64,000 bases of DNA from Balanoglossus misakiensis (Eukaryota > Animalia > Hemichordata), in the NCBI GenBank assembly GCA_040954595.2, contig CM082586.2:3578349-3642348 (forward strand), in the 5' to 3' direction. The notes under the pieces were generated by a model. It had not been told where the DNA came from. It saw nothing but the letters and a program-made list of their open reading frames with translations, and made no database searches. Positions 25,646 to 37,600 of the stretch are shown piece by piece (the stretch's first letter is position 1; each line of letters starts with the position of its first letter). The translations under genes were made by a program, and so were the position numbers.

Positions 25646-28600
25646 TCAGTCATCTCCTTCCGCTTCCCCTTGACCTTCATCATGTGCTTCCGGTTCAACT
25701 TCTGTCAGCGAAACACAAAACAGTATTTCAGTCAACAGCCATTTTCTGACAATAATGCGTTGATATGCACGATCGAAACAATCACATTAACCAGGACTGG
25801 TTTGCCAAGATCTTCGTAAGGTCTAACAAAATTGCACACAGTCACACAGCAAAACATATAGTATATGCATTCAAAGACACTGTTAATTGTATAAAAGAGA
25901 GACAGAGAGATAGAAAAATTAGTGACAGTGGACAAGAGAGATCAGTAGAAATAAACGTCGAAATACACTCACAAAGACCAGATCTAAAATAAGGAAGAGA
26001 CAATATGCAACATAAAAGAAATAATAGTAAACAGGAAAGACACACATTGAATAGTTGACATTTGTTTAAAGAAGATAAGTTACAATACTGAATTTATTAA
26101 TGTACAGATATAGTCAGTGGTTGTCATGACATTTCAATGTTTTTTGACAATAAGTAATAGACACATATGTTTGTCATAAATCTGTATGCGATATTATATT
26201 AAACATTGACAGTTTAAGAAGAAATCTGTAGGATAGACAAGAGATGTTAATTCCTAAACAGATAGAGAAGAGTGTGTTAACGGTTGTTATGGCAAAATTG
26301 CCTGAAACTGTTCTACTTTGTGAACCTTTTTTGCTATTGCGAGTCTTCTGTGCTCGTCTTTTTTGCAGCAAGTCCCTTTCTAGCTTTGAAGCCTTTAAAT
26401 TGTGCTTGGATTTTGAGGGCTGCCTTTTCCGTTTCTGGGTCATCTAAATCGATGTCTATCTCTTCTTCTTCTGGCTTCGCTGGTGGCGGCGTTTCTAGAC
26501 CGTGGAATTTGGAAAGAAACGTTGTTGAACATGGATTCAAAACTCGTAGGAAGCTCAAGCAATCGATTTGCAGAGGTTCAAGTAGAATACACACAGGCAG
26601 AAGGATCTCGACTGACAGAGGAAACAAATCGAAAATGTACACACAAAATGTACGCAAGTGCACACACTTCTAATCTTTGATTAGTTTGAAATGAGCTTCG
26701 ACATCTGAACATCCTTAAATGACACACTGTGTCGAAAACGAGGAAACGTCACACAGCAATACAAGAGTCAACGTAACAAAATATAAAAATCGTTCGTGCT
26801 GTTTATCAGGGACCTGTGCAGATGAAGACAAATTCAAAGAATATTAATCCTAGAAGTGCTTATACACCATTCAGTGGATATGGATTGTACTGGTGTCATT
26901 TGGCGGTTACAACTAAGGTCAGGTGCCGTAAGGGGGGTACTATGCAACGCACAAAACTCAACCTTTTATCGCTTGTTTTTCCTCTGATTTTTCTGCCTTT
27001 TTGGCGGCAAATCCTTTCCTCGCTTTGAGTCCTTTAAATTGTGCCTGTATCTTGAGGGCGGCTTTTTCTGTTTCCGGGTCATCTAAGTCTATATCTATTT
27101 CTTCCTCTGCTGATTTCGCATCTTCTAGAATTACAAATTGTGTTTTGCGATAAGCGACTTCTTTACACGAGTGGTTGGACACTCTCAACATAAAAGACTT
27201 GTCGAACCCATGACGTTAACATGGGTATTGAGAATCATAGAACCTGAACAAAAAACCATGCAGTCAACGACATACACACGGTCCAAAAAAATGACACACA
27301 AAAAAACAGACAGAAGGAAAATTAAAAAAAAAGAAAAAAAAGTACCCTGGGAATTGACGATAGAACGTAAAAAAAAAATAGAAAATAAAAAAGACAAAAA
27401 GTCAAAAAGCAAAGTTTTCTGTTTAACCTTTTGATTGTTTTTCTTCGGCGGACGACTTTTCAGCCTTCTTGGCTGCAAAGCCCTTTCTCGCCTTCAGTCC
27501 TTTAAACTGTGCCTGTATCTTGAGGGCTGCCTTTTCAGTTTCGGGGTCATCTAAGTCTATGTCAATTTCCTCCTCTGGCGCGGCGGGTGCTTTTGCTGGT
27601 TCTACAATGTCAAATGGGGGAAGGGGAGTATTTGAGAAGAATGATTAGAGGTGTGGACAACAGAACTTGAAGCCAAGCTTGGTAGTTCTGTAGGTTCATG
27701 AAGTTGTGCCTGTGTGCTATTCATCAACCATTACAACGTCGCATTAAAGGAACCAAAAAAGGAGAAAAAACGTACAGAGTGCCACACCACACGTGAAAAA
27801 AAAACGATATCATCAACACACACACACTGGAGGACTGGGAAGGGCTTGGGGCTGTGCTGGTGCTAGGTAAATGCGCCAAGGTTTGATGGTTGGGAGAAAA
27901 CGACTAGGTCTGTGAGCTTGACCTTGTTGTTTGTTTGGCTGTTCTGCTTGCGGTTTGCTTTGCTGCTCAGTGGGTGTGGCGGCCGCCTTCTTGGCCGCAA
28001 AACCTTTCCGAGCTTTCAGCCCTTTAAACTGGGCCTGTATCTTCAGCGCTGCCTTTTCTGTTTCCGGGTCATCGAGATCTATATCGATCTCTTCCTCTTC
28101 TGGAGCTGTTGCTGGTGGTTCTATGGTCATATATGGGGGGACATATTGTTTGAGAGAATGTATCCGGGCAGGACATGACAAGAACAGGTCGTTTGTAAAG
28201 ACGTAATTTTAGGGGTAACATGTGACTTAAACACTGTTTTGGTCACAATACAAGATTCTATATACACTCAACAATCACACAAAGGAGGACGTTTCTGTCA
28301 CATACAATCTAAACGAAGAGAGAGGGAGATAAAATTCAAACTTCGAAACACCTTTTGGTTTTTCTTCTTTTGTATGTTTTCGTGCCATCATGCCTTTGAA
28401 GCTAGCCTGGATTTTCACGGCTGCTTTCTCGACATCTGGGTCATCCAGGTCTATATCGATTTCTTCATCATCCTCCTTCTTCACTTCTGCAAGGCGACAT
28501 ATTATTGCATTTCGTTCTTAGTCAAAACAGAGTATTATTACTGTTATTATTGTTATCTTGCCCACACGCGCAAGACATCTTTTAAGTTTTTAGACAAGAA

Positions 28601-31600
28601 CGGTCGTACATGCAAGTAAGCTTCGGTAGTTTGGTGTTTTCACACAGACAACCTGAGTTGTAAGTAACTTCTTCTAAACACAAATAACATCCCTGGTGGT
28701 TACCATAGTTATCGGCAGTCAGATGTTACTCTGGGTTACCATGTGATCAAAACACACTGTTGCAACAACAACCAGACTGTCTCCATTAGCAGAATCTATA
28801 CGTGAAACTTATTAAAATGGTTATCACAGCATATTTATGCGTCGATCTGATGTTAAAACCGCAAACTTAGCACACAAGGGCACCAACTGTGTCCCTACAC
28901 ACAGAAAAAGTATTAACATATTAAACAAATTTTATATAAGAGATGGTTCCTTTCCAATCCACGATGCTGTCTTCTTGCGTCAACAAAATTGCCAACATTG
29001 ACGTCAGTTTGGTCATTTTTTGTTTGTACTACATCTTGAATATTATTCCCAAAATATAACCAATGCATGTGTTGACATTGTTCTCAGTCATGTATCAAGT
29101 CACCTCCCCCAATTTCGAAAGTTTGACTAACATTTTCATCACATCATTTTTAGACCACAACTTCAAGATGAATGTATCCCCGTGATAACATGAGGCAGTT
29201 TGGCTTTGAAACGAAACTCATTCAAGTGAAGGGAGGGAGTATTGGGGTACTGATGCTTCTGAACATTTATCACGGGGAAGATAACGACCAAAATGGCGTC
29301 AAAATATGGCAACTTGACTAGTTAAAGAGAAGAGAAATTATGGTTAGATAGAAAGTGTTTGACTATAACACAGAAGATCAAACGCTAAATGACAGAAGGA
29401 AAGGGATATTGCGCTGTAGTGTAATTAAATGTCACTAAGGTAATACCTAAGCTTATAGCATTAATAGAACATAAATAAGAAAAGAAAATGAAAACAAACT
29501 TATATAAGTCAATTATTATAAAGGATAGAGAAAGAACGTAAACCACATCCAGATTGCGAGCGACAGAGAAAGAGAGATAAAGATAGGGAGAGACAAAGAG
29601 AAATCATGGTTTTAAAAGTTAAAGGTTGGAAGAAGGTTTAGTACAGGTGACAGACAGACAGAAACTGTAAAGAATATGCAAAATGAGGAAACATACCTTT
29701 TCTTTCTTCAACTGTTTCTTCGACAGTTTCTTTCGTCACGGTTCTGCTTCGCCTCTCGCGTCTGGTTCCACTGCTGCTCTCTTCAGTGTGTGACGATTCT
29801 GCGAGGTCGAAAAGAATAGAACACGCATTAGACCTGTGGTCTGTTATGCTATCATGGCCTCTAATCTTGGTCTTCTTCAATTATGGTCCATGCATTTCGT
29901 CCAATGGTGGTATTCAGTACAGCGATTTTTGTTTACCAAATCGTTCGAAAACAAGCTGGAGAAAATTTATTAGGAAGGAAAAATACTTCACAGCAGATAA
30001 CAACTTGGAAACTTTGCATGGTTAAATTGTACTTTACAATTATTGAGTAAGAATGAAACAAGAGTAGTTATCAGGCGAATAAGAACAAAAATGTTAAAAT
30101 GTCCTGAAAAGGAAACTAAGTAGTAAAAGATGTCTTGTCATTCACTTGTGTGTTAAAGACAACATGAACCATAAAGTAGAATGCTAGATATTAAATGAAG
30201 GTCAAATGGCACTTGCATTGGTTGTTGTTGTTGTTTTTAAAGTGGTCAATTTCCGATCAACCAGCGACCAAGTATGGATTATGTAACTTTAATATGTTGA
30301 TGAGAATAAGTACCGGCTAAATTGAGAGATTTGTTGAGATTAGTGGTATCAATTGACACGGTAGCTATGGAAACCTTTTTGTTCCTTAAAAGCTCTCCTG
30401 GTCTTCAGTCCTTTGAATCCTGCCTGGATTTTAACAGCGGCTTTTGCGACTTCCGGATCATCCAAGTCAATATCAATTTCTTCCTCTTCCGTGTGCGTGA
30501 CCTTGACTGGCAAGTCCAAAATTGTTCAAACATACACAAAAATGTCAAGTTGTGCCTAGCTACTGTTGACTTAATAGCCTACAAGTTTGTCGATATTTTA
30601 CAATTTAAACATCACCTCTTCAGCACTGCTCACAATTTATTTTACTTTCCAAACACTTACAGTGCATAAGTCCATTACAATGTTGGGCAGACGGCCATGT
30701 TTACCTTTACTTAAGAAAACATCTCTTTTAACCCTTTCACCGCCATGGTTCAGTCCAAACCCATTGTTTTCTATGGTACGGTCGGCCCTCTAAAAAGCGA
30801 AATGGGGGTGAAAGGGTTAAGCCACTAATGAGAAAATCATGAATCTTGAGAACCCTTACCTTCTGTGTGACGTTCTTTCTTCCTGGACGCAAATCCTCTA
30901 AATCCAGCTTGAATTTTCCGTGCCGCTTCCCTTGCCTCGTCCGAGTCGAGATCGATTCCCATGCGAGCCTTCACCCGTGGATCAACGGCTACAAAAAGAG
31001 TGGTTTATACATTGAAGGAAATTTATACAATGTTGAAGGAACAGGACAGTTGTACATGCTGAAATATATTGCATGGCCGATCACTGAAGTTTTCCCACAT
31101 AAGCTAGTTATATAAGCGTAGTCATTAGATTATCAAGATATTTTCTGCACGAATTTGAATTCATGTCTGTATGTTTGGTATAGACAAAGCATGAGAATGA
31201 CAGCCAACTATCGTACACGTATATTTCGCGCTTTGTAGAGGAGACCGACACATGATGATAATAAGAGACACAATCCAATGCTTTGGGCGATAGTGCAAAG
31301 ATTTCTGCATACCATCAATTTGGACAGCACATTCGGTGACATCTTCTCCTTGGCTATTTTTGGCAAAGCAGGCATATCTACCGGCATATTCCGGCGACAC
31401 GTGGTCCATTTCCAGGGAGCACATTCCAAGGGTGTTGCCGATTCTAAAGCGGTCGTCACCGGGAGTTATATCGTTACCGTTGAACATCCACGATACCTTC
31501 ATGAATAATACGAAATGATACGGTTATTATTCCTCTCATGTTAGTAAGTTTCGTGTCTGAATTCCAAACCAAAGAACAAGCACTCACCTTCGGCTCAGGA

Positions 31601-34600
31601 CGGCCAGTGACGATGCAGGAAAGCTTGGCACTGTCGCCGATTTGAATTCTTCTAGTACGAAGTATGAAGGTAAATCTTGGAGCCGCGTCTGGTTCCTTCT
31701 CGATCTTGAACTCCTTTTCTTTCCTGTGGCAACGAAACAGAGACATCAACGCAACAGAAAATACAGTATGCACCACCCATTGCAGCTAATTTGCCTTTAA
31801 GAAGTACTAGTAGTTCCCAACATAAAATATAGCAGGGTACCGGGAATTGTCTGTTAAGAACCTAGATGTCTATATAGTCAGCTGCTGACAGATACTTGTT
31901 TGAATACTCACCGCACTGGTCTGTTATACTGTATTCTCTTGCTAAGGTCAACTGCAAGAAGAGATGTGAAACAATGGTCAGACAGCAACACGGTGTGTTT
32001 AATATGTCGGTCGTACATCGGTTGTTTGTCTTTGAGGATAGATGTTTAAAGTATAGTTTGGACAAGACAAGATCTTAATGAAGTTACATGTAAGTGATAC
32101 AGGCTAGCTCTTATGGTTTTTGGACTACACTTACTGATGACGTTCAATTTGGCTGTTCCACGGATCGAACCATACGAATTCTCAGCTCGTACTTCATATT
32201 CGCCGCCATCTTCTTCCAGGCATCTGGCGATCTGTAGTTTGTAGTCGATGTCGTCATATTTTGACTTGTACTTGATGCTTTGTAGAAGTTCCTTACCATC
32301 TCTGTACCTGTGGACGATCGTGGAGGGTTGTGTTATCGGACTTTGATGTGCGAGTCAAGGAAGTACCATTTAATGAAGGGCTATAGAACAGACAATTTCT
32401 ATACAGAAGCAGTTGGATAAACCTTTGGGACTCATAGACATTTTTACTGAAGCTTACCATGCGACAAGAGGACAAGTACCAGCCCCTATAATACACTCAA
32501 ACAACGCGTTGTTATATTCGGTGACATGCAGATTTTTGGGTTTCTTGATAAATCTTGGCGCAGCATCACGGCGACCTGGGAATTAGGAAAACGAGAAGGA
32601 TTACATTGCAAGAGTGAGCAATGATTGATGATTTCCTAAACACACCATAGCTTTTATCTATTTTTTCCAGTAATGTTATAATTGCAAAGGATAATCATTT
32701 AGTATTATATTTGCTTTCAAAATCGGGTGATCATTGCGACAACAAATGGCAACTTGCAAGTTCATGACAAAGTAAAAGTATAAAATAATTAAACTAAAAT
32801 AACTTTTTCTGTGTGAATACTCACTCATTCCTCGTTGGTGTACCTCATTCCCCTCGATAGGTCTGATGGTTTTCAAGGCACCCATTGATGCCAGTCGTCC
32901 GATGGGGATCAGGGATGTACCAGTCTGAAAATGATAAGACAAAATCAAAGCCATCTGGTGAGGAACGTCTGAATTGGGATTAATATTTTACCAATGCGTC
33001 ATTCAATCTCTGACTCCAGTAGGAGCAACTGTATACATGTAAATGAAATATGCTGACTTATTACTTATATTGGTTTCTTTAGAGGGGTCACAAATTGGGT
33101 GGAGGGCACAAAAATGACGACATACTCAAGAAAATACAGAAAAACTTACATTCCACTTGAAGTTGCCAAGAAGTTTCCTGTGTCTATCTGTTGCAATGCG
33201 AATACCACCACCTCTCTGTGGGTCCTGAGAAGAAAGAATTAGTAGAGAGTTATGTGATGGCCAGCAAACTGATCTTTAACTTAGAAAATCTTATACAACA
33301 ATGTAATAAGTTTCAGATGTCTTATGAACTTACCCTGAGCCAAGGATGTTCCAGTGCAGCCTGCGCTGAGAGACGATCGCTGCAGAGAAAGTTTTGAAGA
33401 GTGTTATTCGTATTTACCTCTGATTGGAACATGACTACATAAATGCACTAAAGGGATATGTTCACCAAGGATGTCAAGGTAATACAATGGAAACTTTTAA
33501 GAATACTAAGATAAAGTGTCATTACATGCACAGAGATCAGTTATTATTGTTGATATAATAAGTTCTGAAGATGGAAGAAGTATATACATACTGTTTATCC
33601 TTAATCAGGATTTTCTTGATGAAATCTTTAGCGTTGTCGGAAATTCCCTTGAAGGCATCTTTATCGAAATCCCAGTCGCATCGTTTTACTTTTCCCTTGT
33701 CACTGCTGAATGGGTGCATACCACTCAACCTACAGATGCCAAGACACACCAGTTAAGTTAGACATGACCGTCACAAATGGGAATGGTCGTAAGAAAATCC
33801 AAGAGAAAGAAAGAGTCGATAGACGTTCTTCTGTTATTACAATGTTTCTGTATCTACCAGTTCAAGAATCTCTGATCAACAAATTGAAGATTCTCTCAAC
33901 AAACTAACCATACGTACAACCACAAAAGGTTTTATGTTCAATCGTTTTGTCTGCTCTGGAGAAGGAACCTGGTGGTCTTCAGCTAATTAGTACTGTTTAA
34001 AATACCCTTGTGACCAATCCATTCTTTATCGAAACTGAGCAAACCACACTTTAAAGAAAACAGCAAGACACATCCACATAGAAACCACTTACAGCATGTA
34101 GCACAGCACACCCACTGTCCACATATCTGTGTTGAATCCCACAGTTTCGTTGTTCAAGACCTCAGGCGCAACAAAGTCAGCTGATCCGAACACCATCCTG
34201 GCCTTCTCCTCTGGGTTTATCTTGGTGGCACTTCCAAAGTCAATCAGTTTGATTTCATCTCCCTTCTTGCTTTCGTAGAGTACATTCCCGGGCTGCACGA
34301 ACATAAAGAAAAGTTCTCCTAAATTTCGTGTCATACAATTTTCATGGTATAAAGTACCAGTATTATACTATTAATGACTCTACATGACGTAAATATGACA
34401 AGGTACGTGCAGTTTTTACCTTCAGATCCAGGTACATGATACTCTTCGTGTGCATAAAGTTGAGACCTTCACAGATCTGCTTGGCGTAGAGGGCAACTTC
34501 ATCTTCAGTCAACACGTAGTTAGCATCCAGCACACGGTCGAATACATCTCCACCAGAAAGGCTGATGGAGGAATTCAAGGAATATGACTAATAACTCGGG

Positions 34601-37600
34601 AGTTACAAATTAATATGCATAATCTGACAGAGCAGATGAATGCATGATACACATTGCAGTTGTTCGTTCAATATAATAGGGACTGAGACTCTACTTACAA
34701 TTCTAGCACCATCACAAGTTCATCTTCGTGCTCATATGCGTCGTGGAGTTGCAGGAGCTTGGGGTACTGCAGGTTATTCATCATCTGGATCTCGGCCTTG
34801 ATGGCTGCTCGCTCAATGGGGGTCTTGGTTTCCACAAATTTGGCGGCAAAGTTCCTGCCAGTGGATCTCTCCACACAGCGATATACAACCCCGAAGTCGC
34901 CCCTAAGTGACAGATGTTAATTCGACACAGGTTAGTAACCCTCAGACTAGATATGACTGGAAGCAGAAATACAGTCGTGTGACTGTATTCTAAGGGTTAA
35001 ATGCAGGGACAGTGTTTGAGATGTATCTCCGAACCAGTCACAACATAGTTAAATATGAAACATTGTAAAGACTCTCACTTTGCTAATGAAATGTTTCAGA
35101 GGAAACAAAGATTGGTGACGTACCTTCCAAGTTCTTCTCCAATGTCATATCTGTCATGTACACTTCCCTTCTTGATCTTGACAATTCTGGGAAGGAATTC
35201 CTCTCGGTTGACTGATAACAATAAAAACATGTTGCTATTAACACCCATCGTTTTAGTAATATAACAGGTAACAGCTTTGAGTTACCAACGCTAAGGACAA
35301 TTAACTTACCAAGAACATCGTAATTAGAAACTTCCGGTACTCTCCTCCTTCTTGCTTCCTCTGAAAGAATGGGAAAACGTAAGCAGCATTAGAAAATGTA
35401 GCAACTATAGTGAGCTAGCGTCAGATCATGATTATGTGTACTATGATGTTTCATATTCAGTAACTCCACAAACAATCTGTATTCAGGGACTTTGCTCTCT
35501 CTCTTTTGCTACTAGTTGAAGTACTGGTAAAGTTTACAATTTTATAAAAGAAAAGCGTACCTTCTTCCTCTTCAAAAGTTCTCCTCTTCCTCTTTACCGG
35601 TTCTACAGGAGTAAGCAGATGGTACAAAGTTAGGCTGATCATAGAAACGACTGAACCATAAAGAATATACCTTTGAACTTGCCATGAACAATTCAACTGC
35701 AATTTACAAAACGTTGCTGATGTTTACCTTCTGTGGTGATTGTGTGTTTGACTTCAACCGGTTCACTGCTTCCGTTCAGATTCTCAGTCCTCACTCGGAA
35801 AAAGTAGGTCTTGCCCGAACTCAACATTTGCAACGTGCAGGAAGTGATGTTGCAGATGGCAGCTCTACTCCAGCTGGACATCTCCTCTTCCCTCTTCTCG
35901 ACGATATAACCAGTGATGGGGCTGCCGCCGTTGTAAACAGGGGCATCCCAGGCGATTTCAACAGAATCGTAGGCCAGGTCACGCACGCGAGGGTTGGTTG
36001 GGCCGTCCGGAACATCTGCATCATAAGAAAATCAAGAAGTCATATTTTAATCACTACAGACAGTGCTTATCTTTCAGATAATCACGAAGTGCAAAGCGAT
36101 AACACACTCACCACTGATGACAACTTGTAGGAGCGCGTGGTCTGTTCCCAAATCGTTTTCTGCGATGATCTTGTACACGCCAGTGTGTTTTCTCTCGGCC
36201 ACGCTGATGTTCAAGATTGTATGCCTGTCCGTTGACTCTATTCCACTGGTTATCTTTGAGCCTTCCTTCGACCAGGTCGCTCTCGGTTGTGGAAATCCCG
36301 TGATGGGGACTTTAATTCTCAGCGGTTCACCCTTGGTGAATTCAACTGGGCCCTCTCTGAATCGAGCTGGAACTTTGATCTGTGGCGGACCTGTGATCAG
36401 AAGGGCAACGATAGATGAATAACTCGACACAGACATGCAAATACTTATATCTAGAACATTGGTATATGTTAATTCGTGTCATATGATAATAATTTTCTAT
36501 TATAAAAATTTATGTAATACTTACACTTAATTGTTAGTTGGGCTCTGGACAATTTCTTTCCTCCACGGTTGACAGCTTCGCAAATATACTGATCAGAATC
36601 CTCTCCGAAGACATTACTGATGGTCAGGAAACACTTCTCACCTTCTTGTGTTATCAAGTATTTGTCGTTGTTATACAATTCTCTAACGTTCTTGTACCTT
36701 TGCAAAATGGAGAAATACAATATTGATGTAAAATGCAAGACAGGATAGGTAGAGTTTGTCATACATACAGAAGACGTCTATCAATTCAATGGTTCAGCCC
36801 TGAAATAATGTATTAAAAGGAAGTTTATTTGTTACAGTCTTACCACTTGATTTCTGGCTTTGGTTGTCCACTCACGTGGCATTCAAATGTGGCAATTTTA
36901 CCCTGGACCACAACTTGATCTTCCAGCTGTTTGGAGAATCTTGGTCGAACAGCAGCTGTTGGTGTATTCAAGAGGGGAAAAAAACGAGTGATTTTTTCAT
37001 GCAATTTTGCCTGGCACAATGTCATATATTGTCAAATGTTCATTTCTCGTAATTTTCCTTTCTCTTCCCAACGTTACTAGTTGTATTAATATACGCCCAT
37101 GTTGATATTATCAAAGATACCATAAACACAGTAAGCATCATTATTGGGCTTGATTCCAGAACAGCATCACATGTGAGGCCCGGTCTTATACTGTAACCCC
37201 AAGCGAATATCCTCACCTTTGGGGTCCTTGACAACGACTGACTTCGACGCCTGCGAGGGCTCACTTTCCCCAGCGTCGTTCACGGCGAAAACACGGAATT
37301 CGTACTCCCTATCTTCAATCAGATGCGGGATGTTGAACATTGTCTGTGGCACTGCGTTGCGAGTGACACGAACCTGTGAAATAGTCATGGTTATAGAGAA
37401 CATTAGTCGCGTGCACAAAGGTCTCTACTGCACAAGCCCATTTACTGCAGTAATCTGCTACGGCACAGTTCTCCTGGACAGCTGCGAAATATGAAAGCAG
37501 CTTAGATTTAAACCAAGGAGACTCACCCATCTGTCTGATCCAGCGTCAGATTTGTCCACGTGATATCCCTTGATTCTGTTGCCACCATCAGATTCTGGTC

